Virus record (IMG/VR): IMGVR_UViG_3300025018_000113
Location: 1 to 64,000 of that record
DNA: 64,000 nucleotides
Reading direction: 5' to 3' (one strand)
Origin: a virus
Each line of letters starts with the position of its first letter. The stretch's first letter is position 1. Of this stretch, positions 9,289-17,724 are shown piece after piece. The translations under genes and the position numbers were made by a program. Under the pieces are notes generated by a model, which saw only the letters and a program-made list of their open reading frames with translations, made no database searches and was not told the origin of the DNA.

Positions 9289-11544
9289 ATGGGTTTGAAA
9301 CTTTCAAAACTTAACAAGCAACAAAAGAAGGCCGTCACTTACGGTGATGCGCCTTTGATGGTCATTGCTGGTGCTGGAAGTGGAAAGACCCGTGTTCTTA
9401 CCTATCGAGTAGCACATTTAATTGAACGTGGTTACCTTCCCAGTAAAATGATGGTGACTACGTTTACAAACAAAGCCGCTGATGAAATGCGTGAACGCCT
9501 TGAACCTTTAATTGGTGCAAACAAGGCTGACAGGTTGAAGATTGGAACATTCCATTCACTTTGTTACAGAATTTTGCGTGACCTTTTAGAGTGGTCAGGA
9601 AAATATGAAATTCCACGTTTAATGATGGGTGGTGGCCGTTGGATGACAATGGTAAAAATCATCAACAAATATAAGTATGAAGCTGGCCAATATGAAAAAG
9701 ACAGAAACAGGTTTGCAACAAAAGACATCAAAGGCATTTTGAATCAAATTTCTTATTGGAAAAATGAAGGAAAAAGAGTCAAAGACCTGGAAGAATACAT
9801 AAAAGAAAACAACATTCAATTGATTGATTCTAAACCAGAAGAAAACCCACGATGGTCTTACACTTCTTTTGGAACATATTTTCAGGCTTACAAAGATTAT
9901 GAAGCTGAAATGAAAGAATCTAATAAGATTGATTTTGATGATATGCTTTTCAAAACTTACTGGGAACTTTCAAAAAGTAAAAATCAGAAGTTTCTTGAAA
10001 GGTTAAGAAATAAGGTTCACCACATTTTAGTTGATGAAGCACAAGATTTGAACAGAATTCAATTTATGCTGGTCAAGCTTATTGCTGGACAAAACAGAAG
10101 AATCACAATGGTTGGTGATGATTACCAAGTTCTTTATGGTTTCCGTGGTGCAAAGGTCACTGAAATAATCGGATTTGGTGAATACTATGATGCTGAAATT
10201 GTCAGACTAGAACAGAATTACCGTTCAACTAAGAAAATTGTTGAATATGGAAACAAGCTAATTAAGCACAACACAGTTCAAGTTTGGAAAGAACTTTTTA
10301 CAGAAAATGAAGAAGGTCTTCATGCCAATGTAGTTATTTCAATGGATGTTGAAGAAGAAGCTGAAAAGATTTTAGAAAAAATTCAGGACATGGTTCTTGA
10401 AGGTTACAACTTAAATGACATTGCAATTCTTTACAGAACAAACGCACAATCAAGGGCCATTGTTGACACGTTTATAATCAATCACATTCCACACCGTGTT
10501 TATTCAAAGGAAGGCTTCTATGACAGAAAAGAAGTCAAAGATATGCTTTCCTATTTGAAGATAGTTTATTCACCAATGGAAGCTGATGTTGAAGACTTCA
10601 AAAGAATCATCAACAGGCCGTCAAGATTCCTTGGAAAGAAATTCATTGATGATGTTGAAGAAATGATGTTTGAAAAAGACCTAGAAACATTCTGGCAATC
10701 TTTACAGTTGTTTGGTGATTTGTCACTTGGCCCACACCAAGAAAGAAGTGCAAGAAAATTTGTGGAACAAATCAGAATAATGGCAAAGCGTGTGGAAACA
10801 AACCACATGACAACAAGACAAGTTTTCCAGCTTATCCTTGATGAAACAAAATATTTAGAGTGGCTTAACAAAGAAGAAGAAAGTGCTGATGGTGAACCAG
10901 ACAATGACACTGGAATGAACCTTGATTCACTTCTTGTTGGTGCTGACAGATTCGCAAACCCACATGAATTTTTAATGTTTGTTGAATCAATGGAATTTGA
11001 AAAGAATGAAGAAGAAGATGCTGTTCATTGTTTGACCGTTCACAAGTCAAAAGGAATGGAATTTCCAGTTGTCTTCATTTTAGGTATGTGTGAAAAGGTA
11101 ATGCCACACTACAAAGCAGAAGACCCAGAAGAAGAAAGAAGAATTGCTTATGTTGCTGTGACAAGGGCACAGGAAGAACTTTATATTTCAACCATCCTTG
11201 GAAAGTTCAACAGAATGAACACTTCACCATCAAGATTCATTAGTGAAATGGGGGCCAACCTTCCAGAATGGTATGTGAAACAACAGAAACAAGCACAGGA
11301 AGCGTTGAAGCAAATTTCAGAAGAATTGGGCGGTAAAAAGGCACAACCAACCTTTACAAAATATGATGAAAATGGGAAAGTGATTCTTGTAAAAGAAATA
11401 AATGCTGGAACGACAAAAGAAGAACTTTCAAAACACATAGACACTACAATTGGTGAAAAGCATTTTGAAGTTGATGATGAAGGTAATTTCCTAATTCAAG
11501 AACCAGAAGAAATGGGTGAAGTTCCAGACTATGTGAAAAGGTGA
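9289..11544 (+). CDS. uvrD: UvrD/PcrA-family SF1 DNA helicase
   Basis: AGAGSGKT, TFTNKAA, GTFHS, VDEAQD, VGDDYQ, NYRS, TVHKSKGMEF, YVAVTRA. Confidence 0.95.
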   Translation: MGLKLSKLNKQQKKAVTYGDAPLMVIAGAGSGKTRVLTYRVAHLIERGYLPSKMMVTTFTNKAADEMRERLEPLIGANKADRLKIGTFHSLCYRILRDLLEWSGKYEIPRLMMGGGRWMTMVKIINKYKYEAGQYEKDRNRFATKDIKGILNQISYWKNEGKRVKDLEEYIKENNIQLIDSKPEENPRWSYTSFGTYFQAYKDYEAEMKESNKIDFDDMLFKTYWELSKSKNQKFLERLRNKVHHILVDEAQDLNRIQFMLVKLIAGQNRRITMVGDDYQVLYGFRGAKVTEIIGFGEYYDAEIVRLEQNYRSTKKIVEYGNKLIKHNTVQVWKELFTENEEGLHANVVISMDVEEEAEKILEKIQDMVLEGYNLNDIAILYRTNAQSRAIVDTFIINHIPHRVYSKEGFYDRKEVKDMLSYLKIVYSPMEADVEDFKRIINRPSRFLGKKFIDDVEEMMFEKDLETFWQSLQLFGDLSLGPHQERSARKFVEQIRIMAKRVETNHMTTRQVFQLILDETKYLEWLNKEEESADGEPDNDTGMNLDSLLVGADRFANPHEFLMFVESMEFEKNEEEDAVHCLTVHKSKGMEFPVVFILGMCEKVMPHYKAEDPEEERRIAYVAVTRAQEELYISTILGKFNRMNTSPSRFISEMGANLPEWYVKQQKQAQEALKQISEELGGKKAQPTFTKYDENGKVILVKEINAGTTKEELSKHIDTTIGEKHFEVDDEGNFLIQEPEEMGEVPDYVKR

Positions 11545-11550
11545 TGGTGA

Positions 11551-12507
11551 ATGAAGCACTTAATTATTGATGCAAATAACTTGTTATATCGTGCCCACTT
11601 TGTTTCAAAACTTACTGATGAAAAAGGAAACAGGGTTTCTGGAATTTTCAATTCAATCAGAATGGTTCAAAACTTAATGAGAAAATTTAAGCCTGACAGC
11701 GTGGTTGTTGTTTGGGATAAGGGCAAATCAAGGGCACGTCTTGCAATATTTCCAGAATACAAATCACAGCGTGATAAGAACAGAAAAGAACAAGACGTTA
11801 TTGACCTTCAAAAGCAAAGATTGATGCTTCAAAAGATTTTTGACTATCTTCCAGTGAAACAAGTTCAGTTGGAAGGTGTTGAAGCTGATGACATTATTGG
11901 TTGGCTTGTTCGTGAGAAATTAAAAGGAAAGAAAATCATTGTTTCAAATGACACTGACTTCATTCAGTTGGTTGATAAGAAAGTGAACCTTTTTCTTCCA
12001 AACAAAGCAAACCTTTTGACACCTTTGAATGTTGATAAGCATTTAGGTTTTCCAGCAAAACATTATGTTCTATGGAAATCAATGGTTGGTGACAATTCAG
12101 ATAACATCAAAGGTATTCATGGAATTGGCCCCAAGAAAGCAACAGCAATAATTTTGAATGGTGTTGGTGGAAAGAAGAAGCTTCCAATCAATGAAACTGA
12201 AATGGCAATTCTTGATAAGAATAAATATTTGATTGCAATTGGTGCTGTTCTTCAAGACGATGACATCAAGCAAATTAAGAAAGCTTATAAGACAGCAAAA
12301 GAAACAGCAAATGATGTTAAGTTTAGTCAAATCAGAAAGATTTTCAAAGAATTAAATTTTAAGTCATTACTTTACCAGTTTGAAGAAATAGAAGCACAGT
12401 TCAAAAAAATTACAAGGAAGGAACCAAATGGCCAAAAAATTAAAAAAGAAAAAGTTGGAACAAGAAGCACCAGCGAAAACAAAAAAAGTAAAATCAGAAA
12501 AAAATAA
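11551..12507 (+). CDS. 5'-3' exonuclease / flap endonuclease (PolI N-terminal / T4 RNase H-like)
   Basis: IIDANN, PEYK, EADDII, SNDTDF, GDNSDNIKGIHGIGPKKA. Confidence 0.93.
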   Translation: MKHLIIDANNLLYRAHFVSKLTDEKGNRVSGIFNSIRMVQNLMRKFKPDSVVVVWDKGKSRARLAIFPEYKSQRDKNRKEQDVIDLQKQRLMLQKIFDYLPVKQVQLEGVEADDIIGWLVREKLKGKKIIVSNDTDFIQLVDKKVNLFLPNKANLLTPLNVDKHLGFPAKHYVLWKSMVGDNSDNIKGIHGIGPKKATAIILNGVGGKKKLPINETEMAILDKNKYLIAIGAVLQDDDIKQIKKAYKTAKETANDVKFSQIRKIFKELNFKSLLYQFEEIEAQFKKITRKEPNGQKIKKEKVGTRSTSENKKSKIRKK

Positions 12508-13546
12508 AACGTCACTTTCAAGTGATGAACAAGCAATATTAAAAGCACTAGGAAAAGAATTTGATGTTTCAACATCAGGTTCAACAAAAGATGATGCACC
12601 TTACACTATTCCTTTTAGACATAAGGGACTTCAATACATCACAGGTGGTGCGGCTGGTGGAATATTCATTGAACTTCATGGCCCTTCACAGTGTGGTAAG
12701 TCTTATTTGATGTATGAATTGGGAATGGCAACAATTGCGGCTGGTGGTTGGTATTTACAGGCTGACATTGAACGTGCTTACAAAAGGGTGATTGGAAAGA
12801 AAATTGGTCTTGAAGGCAACCCACGTTTTGTAAAAACAAAAGAAAGAAACATGGAAAAGCTTTTCAAGATGATGCAAAAGTTTGTTTTGAAAATTAGAAA
12901 GTTTGACAAAGATTGCCCAATCATGATTGGGGTTGATTCATTCAACCCACTTCAAATAAATGAGACAATGAAAGAACTTGAAAAAGAGTTGGTGGAAATA
13001 CAGGACAAAGACAAGAATGTTGAAGCCAAGGATGTCAAAGGTTATGCGGCCATGAGAAAGAACGCAAGATTTTCAGATTTAATGCGTGACTTTATTGACT
13101 TCATTGAAAAAGAAAAAGTCATGTTTGTTCTTCTAAACCAGTTAAGAAAAAAGCATGGAATAATGTTTGGTGATGATAAGACAACAAACGCTGATGACAT
13201 TATTCAATTTTACTGTTCATTGCGCTTGCGTGGTTCACTTGGTGCGAAAATTAAGAAATCAAAAGAATCAAAGAAAGTGATTGGCCGTCAAGTTTACTGG
13301 GAAACCGTTAAGTCAAGACACCCAGACATTCCACCTTTTATGAAAGTGATGACAGAAATAATTTACAAAGAAGGGTTGCGTGAATTTTCTGGTCTTGATG
13401 AACTATTCATCACAGAGGAAATTGCAAAGTCAGTCAAGGTTGGGAAGCTTAAAGGGCTTGAATTTCAAAACGGTGAACAAGTGGCACTGAAAGACCTTCC
13501 AGAATATGTTGAAAGTCACCCTGAACTTCTTCAATACGCTGGTTGA
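12428..13546 (+). CDS. recA: RecA/UvsX-like recombinase
   Basis: ELHGPSQCGKS Walker A; DIERA; GVDS Walker B; LNQLR...MFG. Confidence 0.88.
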   Translation: MAKKLKKKKLEQEAPAKTKKVKSEKNKTSLSSDEQAILKALGKEFDVSTSGSTKDDAPYTIPFRHKGLQYITGGAAGGIFIELHGPSQCGKSYLMYELGMATIAAGGWYLQADIERAYKRVIGKKIGLEGNPRFVKTKERNMEKLFKMMQKFVLKIRKFDKDCPIMIGVDSFNPLQINETMKELEKELVEIQDKDKNVEAKDVKGYAAMRKNARFSDLMRDFIDFIEKEKVMFVLLNQLRKKHGIMFGDDKTTNADDIIQFYCSLRLRGSLGAKIKKSKESKKVIGRQVYWETVKSRHPDIPPFMKVMTEIIYKEGLREFSGLDELFITEEIAKSVKVGKLKGLEFQNGEQVALKDLPEYVESHPELLQYAG

Positions 13547-13549
13547 TTT

Positions 13550-15679
13550 ATGAAGAAGGTGGTGTGGTTTTCCGACTTCCATTTAGGCTTGAAGACATCA
13601 GAAATTGATAGAACAGAAGAAATTGTTCAAGTGTGTCTTCAAGCTGTGAAACGTGCGGTTGCTTATAAGAAACAAGGAATTGATGTCAGGCTGGTCATCG
13701 GTGGTGATGTATTTCAACACAATGACCCTAGTGACTTTTTGATTTCTCAATTCATTAGAATAATCAACCCAGCTGTTGTGGTTGGAATACCAATTGACAT
13801 TGTTGTTGGAAATCATGATTCAATCGCAAACCCAGAAAAGAAGTCATGCTTGGAATCTTTTAAGAAAATGAAAGGTTCTTACAAGTGTGTTTCAGTAATT
13901 GATGACATAAAATCAATCAAGTGGTTCACAGCTGATTTTGGCCATATTCATTTGACTTATTTTCCACATATAACAAAAGCACACCTTGAAGGTGGCGGTT
14001 ATGAAACAACACAAGATTACATCGACAAAAGGGCCGAAAAGATTTTCAAGAAGATTGGGCCTGGCCAACATCAGATTGTTTTTTCACATTTGAATGTTCG
14101 TGGTCTTATTCCAGGTTCAGAAGAAAACCTTTTGAAGAAAAGTGAAGTTTGGTTTCCCGACATAATGACTGGAACAGAAGAACACAAAGCATTTGTTGGC
14201 AGTATTCCACCACTTGTCATTCAAGGTCACATTCATTGCTTGGACGAAGAAACAGAAGTTCTTACTGATTCTGGTTGGAAAAGTTATGGTGAACTTGATT
14301 ATAGTGATAAGGTTTTGACCAGACACTTAGCTTCTGGTAATGACAGTTATGAAAAAATTGAAGACATAATTGTAGATGATTACAGTGGTGAAATGGTTGC
14401 GATTGAAAATAATGTTTCAAACCATCTTGTAACACCAAACCACAAATTGTGTTATTTGCCAGCAAGTAAAAATAATTATGTTCTTGAAGAAGTAAGTGAA
14501 ATAAAAAGAAAAGTTTTACATATTCCTTGCACATCAAATGTTTCTGGAACTGGTATTCATTTAAGTGATGATTTACTAAGAATGGTTGTTTGGACTTGTG
14601 CTGATGGAAGTTTTGACCAGCACAATTGCAAATTAAGTTTCCACTTAAAAAAGCAACGCAAAATAGAAAGACTAAAAGAACTTATTACAAGGTTATCGTG
14701 TAAATTTGCCTTTGTGGAAAATAGTGATGGAACAGTCAAAATAAACATTCTTAAAAGCTGTAAAATTGGTAAGTGGTTGTTTGAAAATTTTCAGCAAGAA
14801 AAGGTTCTTCCAGAATGGTTGCGTGATGCAAACAGCGAACAAGCTAAAATAATTCTTGAAACCTATGCTGAAACTGATGGGAACTATCAAAAGAAAAATA
14901 AGAAGTGGGTTCAAATTGGTTCTGTTGTGGAACAGAATATTGATATATTACAGGAAATATTTGTGCGTAACAGTATTTCTTGTAAGAAGAACTTTAAGGA
15001 AATAAATACAGTAAATAATAAAATGTTTTACTATCTAAGTGTAAACCGTTTCCGTTGGTCAGTTGAAGTGAAAAGGGAAAAATCTTTTAAGCGTGTTCAA
15101 TACAATGGAAAAGTTTGGTGTGTTACTGTAAAAAATTCTAATTTTCTAGTAAGAAGAAGGGGAACAGTTTATTTCACTGGTAATTCAAGACAGAAGCATG
15201 AAAACATCAATGTAATTGGTGCCCCGTTATTCTGTGACTTTGGTGAAAAAGAAAAGAAGAAATATTTCTGTGAAATTGATGTTCCAGAAACATTCAATGA
15301 GAAATTCAAAATTCACTACATAAGAACAAAGTGTTTGAAGTTTGTTGAACTTGAATTTGACCTTACAAAACAAAAAGAAATCAACCCAGCAAAATATAAA
15401 AAGAAAATCAAGGGTGCAATTGTAAAGTTGAACTTCATTGTTGATGGTCACCAAGCACAACAAGACTGGGAAGCAATAAGAAAAGGTTTTCAGAAATACG
15501 CACATTATGTGAAGCCGATTGTTCCACGGTATATGAAAGACCGTGTGACTAGAAATGAAAAGCAATCACTTTCATTGCCACCAGCTGATGCGGTTAAGGT
15601 TTGGATGAAAACGCACAAACCAAAAAGAAGAAAAGAACTGACTTCATTGGCCCTTGATTACATTGAAAGGGTTTTATGA
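13550..15679 (+). CDS. Mre11/SbcD-like nuclease, intein-containing
   Basis: SDFHLG, GGDVF, GNHD, SH and GHIH metallophosphoesterase motifs; adjacent to a Rad50-like gene. Confidence 0.9.
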   Translation: MKKVVWFSDFHLGLKTSEIDRTEEIVQVCLQAVKRAVAYKKQGIDVRLVIGGDVFQHNDPSDFLISQFIRIINPAVVVGIPIDIVVGNHDSIANPEKKSCLESFKKMKGSYKCVSVIDDIKSIKWFTADFGHIHLTYFPHITKAHLEGGGYETTQDYIDKRAEKIFKKIGPGQHQIVFSHLNVRGLIPGSEENLLKKSEVWFPDIMTGTEEHKAFVGSIPPLVIQGHIHCLDEETEVLTDSGWKSYGELDYSDKVLTRHLASGNDSYEKIEDIIVDDYSGEMVAIENNVSNHLVTPNHKLCYLPASKNNYVLEEVSEIKRKVLHIPCTSNVSGTGIHLSDDLLRMVVWTCADGSFDQHNCKLSFHLKKQRKIERLKELITRLSCKFAFVENSDGTVKINILKSCKIGKWLFENFQQEKVLPEWLRDANSEQAKIILETYAETDGNYQKKNKKWVQIGSVVEQNIDILQEIFVRNSISCKKNFKEINTVNNKMFYYLSVNRFRWSVEVKREKSFKRVQYNGKVWCVTVKNSNFLVRRRGTVYFTGNSRQKHENINVIGAPLFCDFGEKEKKKYFCEIDVPETFNEKFKIHYIRTKCLKFVELEFDLTKQKEINPAKYKKKIKGAIVKLNFIVDGHQAQQDWEAIRKGFQKYAHYVKPIVPRYMKDRVTRNEKQSLSLPPADAVKVWMKTHKPKRRKELTSLALDYIERVL
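14237..15184 (+). mobile_element. Intein (316 aa) with LAGLIDADG-like domain, inserted directly after GHIH
   Basis: Starts CLDEETEVLT; block B VTPNHK; VWTCADGS and YAETDG; ends VWCVTVKNSNF...FTGN followed by +1 Ser. Confidence 0.93.
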
Positions 15680-17724
15680 AAATAAGTTATGTGAAAATGA
15701 AAAATTTCATGTTGTATAAGGACTTTCACGAAAAGTTCAAAGACAAAGACATTATTGGAATTTTGGCCGAGTATAAGAACAACCCAAGAAAGTCAAACCG
15801 TGGTGGAAAATCAACCATCACAGAAGCAATCAAATATTGCCTTTTTGGAATGTCACGGGCAAAGAAGGACATTGACTTGATTCATCATGGTGAAGAAGTC
15901 ATGTGGGTTGAAGTTGGTCTTGTTGATGATGGAAAGAAGTTCACAGTAAAGCGTGGACGTGACCACAAGAATAAAGGTCTTCTTGAATGTGATTGGATTG
16001 ATAAGAAAAAAGAAGCACAAGAAGAAATCAATCGCATTGTTGGGTGCAACGGTGAAGAACTTGAACTGACAAATTTCTTTAAGCAATCAGACATCAATCA
16101 GTTCATGGAATTAGGCCCAAACAAAAAGAAAGAACACTTTATGAAGTGGTTTAAGCAATTGCATTGGCCGAAACTTGCTGATGCTGTTGGTGAAGACTTA
16201 AAAGAAAAGAAGTCAGAACTTTCCCAGCAAAGAACAAAGAAAGAAACGCTGATTGAAGAACTATCTGATATTGATGATGTTCAGAAACAAATAAGTGAAA
16301 CAGAAAAAGCAATTAAGAAGCAACAAAAACTTCATGACAAATATGTTCTGAAACACAGAAAGCTGTTGAAGAAAGTAAAAACTAAAAAAGACAAAGATGA
16401 CATTCAGGAACAGTTGGAAGAAGTTGAACTTGAGATTGAAGAAATTCAGGAACAAGTTGAAGCAAACAAAGAACTGATTCGTGCTTATAAGAAAACAAAG
16501 CAAGCTGTCAGTGATTTGGAAGAAGACATCAAAAAGGAAACTAAGTTCCACAAGAAACTTCTTTCAGATTACAGGGATGTTCTGGCCCAAGCAAAGCAAG
16601 AACGCAAACAGGTCTTAAAAACGCTTGAACAGGTTGGTGAAAAATTTTGTGGGGTTTGCCCTATCCTAAATGAAGGTTGTGACAGAATCAAAACTGACCC
16701 AGCACAAATCAAGAAAATGAACAAGCGTGTCAAAGAACTTGATGCTGAATGTCAACAATTTGAAGAAAAGATTGAACAGCAAGAACAGGCAAGGGAAGCA
16801 CAAGAAGCCTTAAATAACCTTCAAAATAAGGCCAAATTACAGCGTGACAGGGTGAAGGCTATCAAGTCACCAGAAAAGAAGTTGGAAGCATTACAGGCCA
16901 AATTTGAAAGCCTGACAAAGCAATTGGAAGAACCAGAAGATAGCCTTGAAGACAGGCTGGAAGAATTAAGCGAAAAAATTAAAAAAATAAATACAGGCCT
17001 TGACACCTTGAACAGAAAACTAGGACAATTCCAGTCAACACTTGTCAGGCATAAGAAGACCAAGAAAAAGATTTCAACGATTGATGAAGGAATCAAAGTT
17101 CTGGAATCAGAAATTGAAAGCCTTAAATATTTGGCTTTTATGTTTGGCAAGAATGGAATTCCTTCACAGGAAATTGAAAACGCTTTCCAAGACATTGAAG
17201 AAGAAATCAACTTCATCTTGGAAAAACTGGGAACAACACTTGAAGTGACCTTCAACGCTGACAGGGAACTTGGGGGTTGGGAACCAGAATGTGTGGGTTG
17301 TGGTTGGCGGTTCCCAAAAGGTTACAGAAAAAACAGCTGTGAACAGTGTGGGGAAACAAGGCAACGGAAAAGAAAAGATGAACTTCATTTGTCGGTAACA
17401 GAAAACGGCAATGAAATGAATTTTGAAATGGAATCAGGCGGTGGAAAAACTTTTGTTTCACTTGCTGTCAGAATAGCACTGACTAGATTGATGCAAAAAC
17501 TGACTGGTTCAAACTTCAATGTTCTTTTCTTGGATGAAATTGATAGTGCTTTGGATGAAGATGCAAGGGAAAACATAATGAAATTGGTGACAACTGTTTT
17601 GATGAAAGACTTTGGTTTCCAGCAAATCTTTTGGATTTCCCATGACAAAAAAATCAAAGACAACCTTCCACACACTTTGAAAGTCATTAGGGGAAAGAAT
17701 GAAGCAAAAGCAACGTGGACTTAA
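15676..17724 (+). CDS. Rad50/SbcC-like SMC ATPase
   Basis: MKNFMLY; Walker A SNRGGKST; coiled coil with CGVCP hook; signature ESGGGK; Walker B LFLDEIDSALD; ISHD. Confidence 0.92.
   Translation: MKISYVKMKNFMLYKDFHEKFKDKDIIGILAEYKNNPRKSNRGGKSTITEAIKYCLFGMSRAKKDIDLIHHGEEVMWVEVGLVDDGKKFTVKRGRDHKNKGLLECDWIDKKKEAQEEINRIVGCNGEELELTNFFKQSDINQFMELGPNKKKEHFMKWFKQLHWPKLADAVGEDLKEKKSELSQQRTKKETLIEELSDIDDVQKQISETEKAIKKQQKLHDKYVLKHRKLLKKVKTKKDKDDIQEQLEEVELEIEEIQEQVEANKELIRAYKKTKQAVSDLEEDIKKETKFHKKLLSDYRDVLAQAKQERKQVLKTLEQVGEKFCGVCPILNEGCDRIKTDPAQIKKMNKRVKELDAECQQFEEKIEQQEQAREAQEALNNLQNKAKLQRDRVKAIKSPEKKLEALQAKFESLTKQLEEPEDSLEDRLEELSEKIKKINTGLDTLNRKLGQFQSTLVRHKKTKKKISTIDEGIKVLESEIESLKYLAFMFGKNGIPSQEIENAFQDIEEEINFILEKLGTTLEVTFNADRELGGWEPECVGCGWRFPKGYRKNSCEQCGETRQRKRKDELHLSVTENGNEMNFEMESGGGKTFVSLAVRIALTRLMQKLTGSNFNVLFLDEIDSALDEDARENIMKLVTTVLMKDFGFQQIFWISHDKKIKDNLPHTLKVIRGKNEAKATWT

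Noticed and set aside
8642-9307. Poly-Ser, poly-His and poly-MK ORFs (8642-, 8866-, 8860+)
   Set aside because: Alternative-frame artefacts of the GATGAAGAT repeat in the SSB gene
12428-12507. 80-nt exonuclease/RecA overlap as a programmed frameshift
   Set aside because: RecA has its own RBS (AAGGAAGGA) and ATG; simple terminal overlap is sufficient
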